Assembly: GCF_036321535.1 (NCBI RefSeq)
Contig: NC_087437.1
Coordinates: forward strand, 60,824,001-60,888,000
DNA: 64,000 nucleotides
Direction of reading: 5' to 3'
Source: Camelus dromedarius
Lineage: Eukaryota
Shown here: positions 1 through 12,500 of the stretch, in pieces
How positions within the stretch are numbered: the first letter of the stretch is position 1
Layout of the letters: each line of letters begins with the position of its first letter
Translations under genes and position numbers: made by a program
Notes under the pieces: model-generated
The model's input: the letters and a program-made list of their open reading frames with translations, nothing else
What the model was told of the DNA's origin: nothing
The model's database searches: none

Positions 1-1846
1 AATGAAGTTCATTTGAGGTGCCATGTTGAACCTATTTAAGACTTGTTTTTATTTTCAAATTGCTCACAAGCCAACACGAATTCCCTACAAAATATTTTGC
101 TGCCTTACTCCCCACTTGATTTGGACCCATATGTACTACAGCCAAAAATTTTATCTCATCTAACATAGTCAAGATATCAATCTAAATACATAACCAATAA
201 TCATTCCCTATGTATAAATTCCCTTCTATCTAGTTAAACTCACCATAGAATATCACTTCTCCTCAGAAAGAACTGGGCCACAGTGTCAATTCAGGTAGGC
301 AGAAGGAAATAACATCTAGTACATTAAGCAATCAACTTCCAATTATACAAATGAGACACCTACTTTTCTAGAAACTTCCAAAATGAAAGAGTAAATGTAC
401 TTCAGAGATTATAATTAGGGATTAGACAATTAGGAAGCAGAAAATCAAGATAAACTTGTCAATCAATCTATAGTCATACCCTTTACCCACTCTATTTTTT
501 TGTTACAATCTACCTGCATATATCCTTACCTCATCCCAGTCAAAGGTGTGAGTATATGACCTCTTTTTGGGTACTCATAATGCAAAAAAATTCAATTTTA
601 TTAAAACATGGTAAGCAATTTTATTAAGTAGGTTTAAGTATGTTTCTAATCCATGTCACTACAAGCCAAATTTGAAACATATTATTTAAAAATTAAAAAC
701 CCTCATTCTGAATTCATGGCTCAGTGAAAAAAAGAAACAAATGAGAAAAAAAAGCAATGGCATCTTCCCACATGTGTAAACGTATCTAAACTCTATATAT
801 GTGAACATATGTATCTAAACTGTCATATGTACACACAAAAAAACAAAACACAGAAAGAAACTTGGTGACTGGGAGTTAAAATAGGTGAAAGCTTATCATT
901 GTATACCTTTTTATACCTCCTGAATTTTCAACCATGAGAATGTAATTACCTAGTCAAAACGAAATGTGAACAAATAAAACAGGTGAAGAAACTGGCCTAA
1001 ACCACAATTAGAAATAAACTGCCATCATGGACTCCAAGTGTATCCATTTTGCCTTTTTAAAATTCATAAATAGAATTATGAACTAAGACCATGTTTCCCA
1101 AAATTTCTTTATAGGAATCACTGAGTCATTAACAGATTTTTGGGTCCAATATGACCTGCTGAGTTAAGCTCTCTCAAGAAGACAATGATCTGTACAAAAA
1201 GTGTTCCCAGATGATTCTTATCAAAGTTAGAGAAACTAACTAAGAAGCATGATTCATTTCCAGAAAGAACAACAACTTTGCAATTAGACAATCCTTCATT
1301 CATTTCTTGGCTCTTCTATTTACCTGTAAGTTCTTAGATAAACTATTTAGATTCTTTGTGCCTGTATCTTTATCTACAAAATGGAATACTTCCAAGGTTG
1401 TTATAAAGATTAATTTATGTAAAGGGTGTGGGACATAATCTTTCTTAGAATGCTTAATTTCACCTTGTTTCCTTTAAAAAATATGAAGATATCTGGTATA
1501 TAGATATCCAATATTCATTTCATTTCCTCCCATACCCAAGTGATACACATATTGGGTTATACATCAATTTAACAAAGTTTCTGTTGAAGCAGTATTAATC
1601 ATTAATCTTCTCAAAGACAAGCTTTAACTAATTCAGTTTAGTTGGCTTATTACTGACAAGTATGACAAGTGTCACTTACTTTTTAAAGAATAGTCCCATC
1701 CTATCTAAGAATAATTACTTTTACACACTTAAACAAAAATGAATAAAAAATACTACAATGTTATCTTATCTACTATTTTGTCTTAATCCAAATTATAGCA
1801 TTCCTAAGATAACTTCTCTCTCAAAAACATCCTCTAACAGTTGTAC

Positions 1847-1988
1847 CTCTGTTATGTTTCTCTCTTGTAATGAAGCCAACTCATAAGGATCCACAAAAAG
1901 TCCTGTCGGGATGTACTGTCTAAGTAAGAGTCGGCAAGTCTGTAAGTCCTCAATGCTCTCTCCAAATTTCACTTTTATTAACAGTTCT
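1847..1988 (-). CDS. PIGX: PIGX coding exon 3 (142 nt); the gene continues beyond the window start
   Basis: Translates (R)ELLIKVKFGESIEDLQTCRLLLRQYIPTGLFVDPYELASLQERNITE, matching PIG-X as I recall it. Acceptor ttttgcag, donor GAG|gtacaa; phase joins exon 2 (AG+A=Arg). Confidence 0.95.
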
Positions 1989-2749
1989 CTGCAAAACAAG
2001 TATGCTTAAAGTAAATCTCTTCATTCAATTGTTAAATGAGATAGTATAACATTACATTCAAATTAGTAGAAATACTACATTTCAAATTAGCTTTTCAAAA
2101 TTAGATTATAAAAAATATTTATATCACATCACTCATTAGCTCTTTCATAATAGTATTAGTGTGAAAACAAAGATCAGTGGAAAGGAATAGAGTCCAGAAA
2201 TGGGCACACACTTTTTTAAAAGAAAGGTGCCAATATAATTTGATGGGGGAAAGGGTCATCTTTTCAGCAAATAGTACTCAAACAACTGTATATCTATATA
2301 GAAAAATTAAACTTTGACCTCTACATCATAGTATATACAAATATTAATTTGAAGTAGATTATAAACCTAAATGTATAATTGTCCCAGCTTTCTATCTGAA
2401 GGCCCATTTTGGACCAAGCGCAGGGAAGGCAGTCCAAAGCACAGTGGTTTTGCTTAAGTGAGAAAATAGAGATAGAAGATAAGGGAGGCTTAAGCAGCTA
2501 GAAATCACAGCACTAAGTTCCAGAGAGGAGAGAACTTTGTAGAAAGAGTTCTAGAGGTCTGAATTGGAGTCCCCTTAAGTTTTTGTTGAATACTAAGATA
2601 AGTATGAGTAAGGTGTAACTCCACAATACTGGACAAAGAATGACCTGGGAACTGAAAGATGAGAAATTCTGAAATTTTACATAGGGTTGGGAGACATCTG
2701 CATTCCAACCAACCAAAGCCTACAGACCACTGTTCAGTGGAGATTCCCA

Positions 2750-4056
2750 TAGAGATAGAAAGTAGAATGGTGGTTGCCAGGGACTGGGGGAAGGGATGAG
2801 TGAGGAGTTATTGTTTAAAAGGTACAGTGTTTCAGTTTTGCAAGATGAAGAGAGTTCTGTGGGTGGATGGTGGTCATGGTAACACAACAATGTGAATGTC
2901 CTTAATGCCACTGAAGTATACAGTTAAAAATGGTTAAGATGGCAAATTTTACGTTATGGATATTTTACCATAATTAAAGTAAACAATGCAAAAAAAATGA
3001 CTGTTCAAAGCAAAAATAAAAAATATATGGTGAGGTTTTAAACATAAGTAAAAAATACATAGTTAATAAATGTATGGTAAGAATAGCATAAAAAGGAGGA
3101 GAAGTAAATGAACTATTCTGATATAAGAGTCATACATTATTCATGGTTGGAATAATATTATATGAAGGTAGACTGTGATAAGTTAAAATTGCAAACTCTA
3201 AAAGTAACCAATTAAAAAGAGAGAGAGAAGTATAGTTAATAAGCCAAAAATGGAGATAAAATGGAAGTGCTTAAAAAATACTCCATTTATCCAAAGCAAG
3301 GCAAGAAAAGAGAGAAAAGATTCCATGGAACAAATAGAAAAAAATACAGAAAAAAAAAGTAGCAAGATGGATAGACTTAAAACAAACCAATCAAGTCAAT
3401 ATTTACATTAAAAGTAAATGGTCTAATGACTCCAATTAGAATATAGGGACTGACAAAATGGATAAAATAGCAACACTTAACTACATGCTGTTTACAAGAA
3501 ACACATTAAATATAAACACACAGATAAGTTAAAAGTAAAAGGATAGAAAATATATGCAAATATTAATAACAATAAATATGGAGTGGCTATACTACTATTT
3601 AAAAAGTAGACTTCAGGACAAGGAGCATTGTCAGGGATAAAGAAGGACATTACACAAAAATAAATGGATCAATTCATCAGGAAAATTTAGCAATTCTAAA
3701 TGTACTATATGCCCTGAAAAGCAGCTTCAAAGTGTTCATTTAGTTTACTTAATAGCAAAAACTGGTAGAACTACAAGGATAAACAGACAAATCCACAATT
3801 ACAACAAAAGATTTTGATCCTCTTTTCTCAGTAATGGATAGAACAAATAGAACATCAGGAAAGATATAGAAGGCATGAACAACCTTCAATTTACTTGATC
3901 TGAGAATTATAGAACATTCTACCAAACAAAAGCACATTTTTAAGTACATAAGAAAAACTATATGGTGGGCAATAAAAGAAGTCTCTAGAAGTTTAAAAGA
4001 ACTGAAATCATGCAGAATATGGTCTCCAACCACATGAAATTAAATTGGAAATCAAC
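2750..4056 (+). mobile_element. Old L1 fragments (a 3' UTR piece, then ORF2 endonuclease-region sequence)
   Basis: Typical L1M 3' end (agtagaatggtggttgccaggg...) and A-rich degenerate ORF2 5' sequence. Confidence 0.8.
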
Positions 4057-4584
4057 AGGAGGAGGAGACTGCCTCCACCAAAGCCACAGCCTCAGACTGC
4101 CTTGTTCTTCAGACTATGCCTGGGATCTGCTGCCAGAAAGATTCAGCCTCACAGCCTTCCATGTGTGGTCTCAGGTTTCCTCACCTCCAGAAAGAGAAAA
4201 ATTGACCCCTTGCATCCTTGAAATTCATCTAAGAGACTAAAATTAAGGACTTCTTTCAAATTTGAACTTGGCTAATCAACGAGTAACAATATCCAAACGG
4301 CCAAACACTGGAAATAAAATATGCCAGTTCAAACTAGTACTTCTGGGAGAGCCTGCTATTAGCAAATGAAGCCTAGTGTTTCTCTTTGTGAGGAGCCAAT
4401 TTCATGAGAGTACCACTGGGGCTGTTTTTGAAAGCCATGTGAAATTTGGGATATGTGATACAGCTGGTCAAGAACGGTATCTTAGCAGCAATGTACTACA
4501 GAGGAGTACAGGCAGCCATTAGTTGCATATGATACCACAAATGAGGAGTCCTTTGCAAGAACGAAAATCTGAGTCAAAGAACTT
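4057..4584 (+). pseudogene. Processed RAB5A pseudogene fragment (5'UTR plus N-terminal half of the CDS), antisense within PIGX intron 2
   Basis: From 4268 it reads, with frameshifts, ...[17 protein letters not shown]...QFHE...DTAGQERY...MYYRG.QAAI...YDTTNEESFAR...VKEL. Start codon is mutated, there are stops, and there are no introns. Confidence 0.9.
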
Positions 4585-4967
4585 GCCTCTGAAGTTCTTT
4601 AATAGAATCCCAATCAAAATTTCCTGAAGCTTTTTTGAAAAAATCTACAAGCTGATTCTAAAAGTTATATGAAAATGCAAAACATCTAGAATAACCAAAA
4701 CAACTTTGAAAAAAAAAAAAGGTGAAGGACTCAGACTCAGACTTGTTGTGTTACCATGACCACCATCCAAAAAAAATCTACAAGCTGATTCTAAAAGTTA
4801 TATGAAAATGCAAAACATCTAGAATAACCAAAACAACTTTGAAAAAAAAAAAGGTGAAGGACTCAGACTTTGAAAAAAAAAAAGGTGAAGGACTGTGATT
4901 TGAAGATGTAATATCAAGTTACGGTTATCAAAAGAGTACATTACTGACATATGGATGGACATACAGA

Positions 4968-5160
4968 TCAGGGGTTGGCAAACTTTTTCTGTGAAGGCCC
5001 TAATAGTAAAATAATTGAGGTTTTGTGAGCCACATAAAGTTTCTGTTGAATATTTTTCTTTGCTTTTTTTTTTAAAACAACCTTTAAAATTGTAAAAATC
5101 ATCTTTAGCTCAAGGGCAATACAAAATGAGCAGGATTTGGCCCATGGGCCACAGTCTGAA
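4968..5160. mobile_element. MER58-like hAT-Charlie MITE
   Basis: Begins caggggttggcaaactttttctgt; ends ...ggatttggcccatgggccacagt. Confidence 0.75.
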
Positions 5161-5355
5161 TACAATATACAAACAGATGTTCACATATAAGGTAATCAAA
5201 TTTTTAACAAAGGTGTAGAAGTAATTTGATGAGGAAAGAACAGACTTTTCACCAAATGATGCTGGATCAACTGGCTATCCTTATGGAAAATTAACCTTAA
5301 CCCTTACCTAACAGTATACACAAAAATTAATTCAAAATGGACCATACACAGGGTA

Positions 5356-5445
5356 GGGGGTGGGTATGGCTCAGTGGCAGAGCATGTGCTTCGCATGCAC
5401 AAGCTCCTGAGTTCAATCCCCAGTACCTCCATACAAAAAAAAAAA
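5356..5445 (+). mobile_element. tRNA-derived SINE (camelid Vic-1-like)
   Basis: A box (tggctcagtgg), B box (gagttcaatcc) and A tail. Confidence 0.85.
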
Positions 5446-7299
5446 GGATCATATCCCATATAACACTTCTAAAAGAAAATTTCCACTATCCTGGAATAGG
5501 CAAGGATTTCTTTCACAGGACACAAAACCCATGAACTACAAACAAAAAAAAATTGATAAACTATACTCCATCAAAATTAGAATTCTTAAAACGCAATAAT
5601 AAAATGACAAACAACCCAGTTTAAAAATGAACAAAACACTAAGACACTTCACAAAGGAAGATACACCAGCAGCCCATAAGCACATGAAAAGATGCTCAAT
5701 GTCATCGGTCATCAGGGAAATACAAATTAAAACTACGAGATACCACTACATCTCCACCAGAATGTCTAAAATTAAGAAGACTAACCATACCATGTGTTGG
5801 TAAGGATGTGACAGAAATAGAACTCTCATACATTTTTGGTGTATGAGATGTTGATGCTGAATGTGAAACAGTATGAATGCTTTGGAAAAGAGTCTGGCAG
5901 TTTCTTAAAAAATTCAGCATTTATCTACCATATATCCAGAAATTCTGTCTATCGATATTTACCCAAAATTAATGAAAATATGTCCACACAAAGACTTGTA
6001 CGCAAATGTTCATTACAGTTTTACTTATCACAACCCCAAGCTAGAAATGACTCCAATGCCTTAGATACATGAATGAATAAACAAATTTCAATACTCTGCA
6101 ACAAAAAGAACAAATTAACGCCACACAAAACATGGTTGAATCTTATTGATATAATGCTGAATGAAAGGAGCCAGATATCAAGAAGTACATACCATGCGAT
6201 TTCATTTATATAAAATTCTAGAAAATCTATTGAATGATAGAAAGTAGATTACTGGTTGGCTGAGTGTGGGTATGGATAAGGAGAATAACTGCAACTAGCA
6301 TATGAGTATTTTTGGAGATGATGGAAATGTTCTATATTTTGATTGGGGTAGTGGTTACATGGGTGTATATAATTGCCAAACTCAATGAAGCTGATTAAAA
6401 AAACACTATGAAATAGTACTATTATACTTCCTATTTTTACCTGTAAGAAAACAAAGCACTGGGGTTAAAATATCCATGTCACCCTCTTCATAGAAAAATT
6501 GTCACCTCCAACTCAAAAAGTATGGGGAAACACTTTCAGCCTTTACATAAACGTATGATAGTTTTTTGTTTACAGATAATCAATAAATTTATATGAACTC
6601 ATTGCTCCAGGAACACAGCAGAAATTTCAAGAATTAAATATCAAGAGCAGCTATCTATCTATATATATTTGCTTTTATTCTTTAAAGTAGTCTGATGTAA
6701 TTTTACATATAGCATTTCATTTTCCTAATAATTTGCATTCATTGAAAGAATTTTGAATGTATCTGTAGCATTGTTCTAGTCTATTTTTGCCCCCAAATAT
6801 CATTTCTAGTAATGTAAAAGCTAATCACACAATAAGGAAATCAATTAAATCCAAAAGTTCTCTATACACATATGAGTAAACAAAAATATTTTCCCTTTTT
6901 CAAAAAAGAAAAAAGAAAGGAAAGGAAAGCACAAAGAGACTAAATAAATCATCCAAGAGCCAAGATTCAAACTCTGTAGTTTTACTCTAAAACCCAAATT
7001 CTTAGCTACCATTTCATTCTGCCTCTACAAAAGTGGAATATATCAATCATCTTTTTTCTTCTGGGTACTATCTAAATATTTATGAACATGCAATATTTTA
7101 TCATCAGAAAAAACACAGACAGAGACAGAGACCCTTCTAAAAAGACAGGACATCTCTTGGAGATGACAATCAATTAATCAGAACATGTTGGATGTATTTG
7201 TTCATCTTTCTGAAGTTATTCACCTGTATTACCCTCCAGTTCACATTATTCATCTTGTTCACAAACATGACATAAAATTTTATCAAAAGTCTTGCAGAA

Positions 7300-8200
7300 A
7301 ATCCGATATACTAAAGCTATAGCATTTCTCTGCTTCATTTATCTAGTAGCTCTATAAAAGAAATAAGCTTGTAATAAATTCATGCTAATTCCTAGAGGCC
7401 AACAATTCCTTTTCTGTGTTCACAAGCACCCTTTTAATAATCGGTCCAGAATTTTGCCCCAAATCGACATCAACTAACTAGCTTCCAGATTATCCAAAGA
7501 TTACCAACAAAAGTTCAGCAATCGTTTAAGCAAGTTCTCCTACTGCAGTGAGATATAGTTCATCAGAGAGGGGAGACTCTAAACTCATTTACAGTACTAA
7601 GGCCCTTTAGTACAATTCCCTTACCTTTCCTGCACTTCACAGTTTCCTACTACCCGCAACTGCTTGGCCCTTTCGAGAGTGGAAGTAATTCTTGACTAAG
7701 AAGATAGAAATAAGAGGAGCTAACAAATTCTACATTCTATAATATGCTAGTATTTTCTCATCCACCCTCTCAGCAAGACTACACCTGCTCCAAATATAAC
7801 TAGGAAGCCTGAAAAAAAAAATTACTGTTGGCATTTTCTGAAGGTCTCAAGTAACTCTGACATTTCTAGTTTGTGAAGCTATTCTTGTGGATTCTGCAAC
7901 TCTTCATTTTTGGTTTTATGTCCTGCTTTTTATCCTCAGTACTTGCAATTGAACAAGTTTTGAGCCACTTTTGTTGTCACAAAAGCCTCTTCGGGCACTT
8001 CTTTCTTCTTTATTGGAATCAGTTATCTCCCATTCCTCTTAAAAATACATTCCAATTAACATTAAAGAGAGAAGCTACATAACTGGCATAATTACCCTGA
8101 TATTGCTTAAAATGTGTCTGGAACTCTGTCAAAAACTCCCTTCAGAAGTGCCTTCCCTCCCCAAATCAGTTTTATTACTTTACAGTCACATCTCCTCTTT
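7300..8200 (-). mobile_element. CR1/L3 LINE fragment
   Basis: Degenerate antisense CR1 RT-like sequence (ccagaattttgcccc...atcgacatcaa). Confidence 0.5.
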
Positions 8201-9282
8201 GAAACTGCACTGCGCAGATTGATCACCTATCTCATTATTAATAATAGCTAACATTTCCTGGGTATGTACTGTGTGACAAGCACTACATTAAGGAGCTTTC
8301 CTTATATTCTCCAATTTAACCCTCACAACCCTAATAAGGAAATACAATCATGGTTTAATTGTACCAGTAAGGGTAGCAAAGACTTAAGTAACTTGACTAA
8401 GGCCACACAGATACTAAATAATAGAGCTACACTTTGAGCCCAAATTGATCTAAATTAAAAACAAACAAAAAAAAACCAAAGTTCTTTCTACAATACCTCC
8501 TAGCCATTCACACATAGGCTAACCTTGAAGAGGAAGGAAAGTGAGTTATTTTAGTTTAAGGTGACTTATAAAATGAAAGGATTTAAAAAATAAATGTATT
8601 AGAACTCATAAGTCAAACATCTGAGAATAATTTCAAAGTCATCACCTTGAGAAGCTTTAAAGTTTGGGAACTTCTTATAGAACAGTTAGCACAACTTTTT
8701 ATCAGTCTTTTTTAATACCTTCAATACTGGCAAATATTCATTTTTGAGGATAATTTCTATTTTGGAAACAGCTTGGTCTTTGGAACCAAGTCCTGTAAAT
8801 CAGAAATAGTGAGTTTGGGTGGTATAATATCTCAGTACTTGAGAGTGTGGCTTTGGGATATGATAGTCCTAAATTTGATTCAGAGCTCTACCACCCTACC
8901 CTATACCAAATTATTTAAATTCTCTGAACACTAGTTCCTTCATCGGAAATACAAGAAAAGTATCATCTATCTCACAACCATTGTGAAGATTAAATGGAAT
9001 GCTGTATATATAGCCCCTAGCTATGTAAATATATGCATAGTAAATATGCATAGTAAAGAATATGCATAATAAATAATAAATGTTGGTTTTCTCCTTCTTT
9101 TCTCCGCTGTTATTTTAATCAGTATTTCAAACTATGAACCACACATCTGTCACTTATAACTTTAAGAAAACAAGTGACTTTTTCAGTTTATCCATTTTTC
9201 AGCTCAACAGTTGCTCTATTTTTTTGCTCTAAATTATATTAAACAGTAGTCTGATTTAAGCATAAGTCAATGGGAAACTTAC

Positions 9283-9346
9283 CTGTGGAAACCATCTTTC
9301 AAAACTTCTTGCCTCAAAATAATTTCAGAACAAGTGGCCCTTATGC
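9283..9346 (-). CDS. PIGX: PIGX coding exon 2 (64 nt)
   Basis: Translates (G)IRATCSEIILRQEVLKDGFH(R). Acceptor ttgttatag, donor AG|gtaagt; phases fit exons 1 and 3. Confidence 0.95.
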
Positions 9347-11499
9347 CTATAACAAGCAAAAGATTTTTTTAAATAAAATAAGTATTCAATGAAAGAATAT
9401 TTAAATAATTATAAAATAATTGTTTGAAAAGGCTTTATTTACCTGGAAAATCTAACCAACCCAAAAACAAAACAAAAACTTTTAAAAGTTAAGCAATTTG
9501 AGCTACACATAAATCTACTCCTAGAATAGCATTAGGGTTAAAAACACTGACTTTGGAGTTAGATCGGCTAGTTTCAAATCCCAGTCTGTCACTTAACAGC
9601 TGTGTGACTTTGGGCAAGATAGTTTATCTCTCTGCTAGTTGTCATGAGAATTTAATATATGTAGAAGCACTTAGAAGAGGGCATACCACAGAGCAAGCAC
9701 TCTATATAAATGGTTATTTATATTACTTTATTCAGGTGATCCCAGGACACAAAGAAAACCAGAATGGCCAAAGAGCCAGGAAATCTGTTTTAATCCTAGC
9801 TCACTGAAACTGAGTATCAGATACAAACTGGCAACTTCTATATTCTACCATCCACACATAGAAAACTGAAAAGATGGTACATTTATACCTTGTGGAGACG
9901 CTGGGAGAGTTTAAAGAAAAAACAAGAACTGGAGGCTTTTCAAACGTTCAAAGGGTTCCTTTATAAACTTAGAATAACCAGAAATCTGACTATACTGACT
10001 CCATGCAGAATTCAGACATTAAAACTATTACTTGATGTTTGCCTTGTAAAGTTAAAAATTCAGCTCCTAATGATCACCAACTCTGTCCAGGCACCTTGCA
10101 ATGGAATTTTACTTCATTTCAAAGACTGAAAATGTGTGGGAAGAATATTAAAACAAACACACAGAAAACCATATACTGCCTTATGTTGTTAAGTCCATTA
10201 GACGTAATCCGGAGGAGATTAAAAAAAAATATGAGTGTTGATGGAAACATCTGAAAAATACAAGGGAAGGAAGGAAAAAAGTATGGAAAAAATAACATTT
10301 GTTAATAATATCTATATGACAGATCCTCTACTTGGGGCTTTCACATATATTTTAACTTTCACAACCATCAAAATAGACAAACACAATTAATGCCATTTGT
10401 ACACAGAAGGAAACTCTGACTTATAAACAGTTACTGTCTAGGTCATACAACTAAGTAAGTTATTAGAAGCAAGATTTGCCTAACTTTTAAAGCCTAAGGT
10501 ATTTCCACTCTCCCAGCTATTTAAAGAAATCCTTAATTGCTTTGGAAAAGCCTATGCCATCTTTTCCCAAATAACTGATAGAATATGTCTTGTATAAATC
10601 CAGATGTTTCTTCAATGTTTAATTCTAATGGAGGTAGGGAGTAAGGGTTTATGTCTACCAATAAATTAAATTAGAAAAAAGGCCAGATTAATAGGCTTAA
10701 ATTCTATTGAGATATACACCAGAGAACAGTAAATCCCATTCATCTTGAGATGGTAGAAAGGCTAATTTACAAACAGTATAGCAAATACTAGATTATTATG
10801 GTTTTTAAAGCAAAAGTACCATTTTAAAAACGAATTTGTTGTATCTGAATTCACCGAGATTTTTCCTCTTAAATATTACTTTACTTGGTTACTGTGGTCT
10901 GAAATGGCTCTGGAAATTGGCCCCTTTTTAATCGTAAAATGCCAGGGCTGGAGAACTCTTCAGATAACAATTAGTCTATTTTAAAATTCTTCTTGGCCTA
11001 ATAATCCTTTCCTCAAATAAATTTGAGAAGCTAATATGTAAACACACAAAAGCAGAACTGCACTGATAGTAATCTAATATCCTTGTTTTACAGATGGAGA
11101 AACTCACCTGGTTTGTACTGGCCTTCCTTTCCCTCTCAAACATTATCACTTTGTTCTAATTACTACTGACGTATCCCTCTGTCCTACTACACTGCAAGCT
11201 CAACGAGGGTTGGATCCACAGCACCTAGCACAGAACTCCAGCCCACGGACTCTGGCCCAAAGAAATGAATCAACTCACTTGCCCAGCCCACAGTCATAAA
11301 GAAACCACAGCCGAATCTAGTCTATTATCAAAAATGTTTGTAAATAAAACCAGTCGTCTTCCTCTTCCCACCCCCACAAAGTCGCTGTATTCTAGATTAG
11401 GGTTCTCACAGGGTGCTTAGGCTTTGTTGGCTCCTTGGTAGTCCGAAGTTTCATGCATCTTAAGAGCATCCCAAAACGCTTCACTGTTGTATTTCCTTT

Positions 11500-12400
11500 G
11501 CAATATTTTAGTAATAGTGCGGCCAGTCCCGCCTCAGAACGACAAAGCCCGACTCCCCAGATAACCAGGAGCGGCCACAAAGCTGCGAAGGCTGGGGGAA
11601 TGGGGGCCGGAGGCTTGTGGCCTTTGTGTTTAACCTCCTCTAGCTCACCTTACAGGTTTAGAGTCGCGCGCCAAGGTACTGTGAAGTACCTTCGCAAAAC
11701 GCAGGACGGGGAGGACCCGGGACCTGCTCCCCAGCCCCTCGACTCTAAACCCCGCCCCCACCGCCGAAGCCCCGCCCCTCCCTTTACCGGCGTGGGTCCC
11801 GGAGGTGTCAAAGGCTGTAACTGGTAAGCAGGCAAGCCCAGCTGCCCCCCAGAGGAGCAGCCAAGCCACGGCCCGGGCAGCCAGGACGCCAGAGAACGCG
11901 CGCCCGAGAAGAGCGCGCGGGGACAAAATGCGGTCGGAGGAATCTGCACACGCCTCACACCGCTCTTAGAGAGCACTGTCACGGAGTTAGCGACCGGGAC
12001 GGAAGAATGGCTGTGCGCATGCCTGCGGTCCCGCCGTTCCCGGCTCCCCACAGTCCCGGCCCCCGAAGGTTCCGGCGTCGCGGGAAACAGTCCCACCCCT
12101 TCGCCGCAGCGCCGAGCCCCTCACCGGCCCGGTCGGGGGCGGGGCGAGGAGTGCGCAAGCGCGTGGCGTATGCAGGGGCTGTTACTCTGGGGACGGGTCC
12201 CTGGGGACGGGTCCCTGGGCCCCCAGCCTGACCCTGAGCTCCGTAAGCTGTCCTGGGATACGGCTGGCTGAACTCCCAGTGTCCACCTCCACTTCCAGGT
12301 ATTTGCCAATGCGGGCCTCCTACCGGGGAATTCATTCAGTCACGTCTGCGGGCCTGTAGCTGTCGCCTCTTTCTGCAGCGCCAGGCTCTGCCCGGCCTCA
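11500..12400. promoter_or_regulatory. CpG island / bidirectional promoter shared by PIGX (-) and CEP19 (+)
   Basis: High GC and CpG density. GC boxes (~11750, ~11770, ~12137), NRF1-like TGCGCATGC (~12014) and GCGCAAGCGC (~12153), ETS CGGAAG (~12000), CCAAT (~12306). Confidence 0.85.
11788..11884 (-). CDS. PIGX: PIGX coding exon 1, CUG-initiated signal-peptide region
   Basis: CTG at 11884-11882 in the context GTC-CTG-G. Reads (M)AARAVAWLLLWGAAGLACLPVTAFDTSGTHA(G). Donor G|gtaaag; 97 nt, phase 1, matches exon 2. PIGX is known to start at CUG. Confidence 0.85.
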
Positions 12401-12500
12401 AAGTCAAGTTGTGTTCCTCTGTGCACTGCTGGAAACAGCCTCCTCACGGAAGCTTTAGACATTGGCCTGCAGAAGATGCTCTTTCTGTACTTCTCTATGG
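12000..12500 (+). other. CEP19: Probable non-coding first exon of CEP19 (5' boundary uncertain)
   Basis: Strong donor TGG|gtaaga at 12500/12501 just downstream of the CpG island. Weaker alternative donors at ~12243 and ~12299. Confidence 0.5.

Larger units (their letters stand above)
4600..6390 (+). mobile_element. Old L1 (ORF2 3' part and 3' UTR) with nested MER58 and SINE
   Basis: L1 motifs aatcccaatcaaaat, cacatgaaaagatgctca and gatggaaatgttctatat. Confidence 0.8.

Noticed and set aside
1..1846. PIGX exon 4
   Set aside because: No matching peptide found; it lies outside the window.
11392..12335. Multiple ORFs in the CpG island
   Set aside because: Stop-poor GC-rich DNA; only the PIGX exon 1 frame is supported by splicing and homology.
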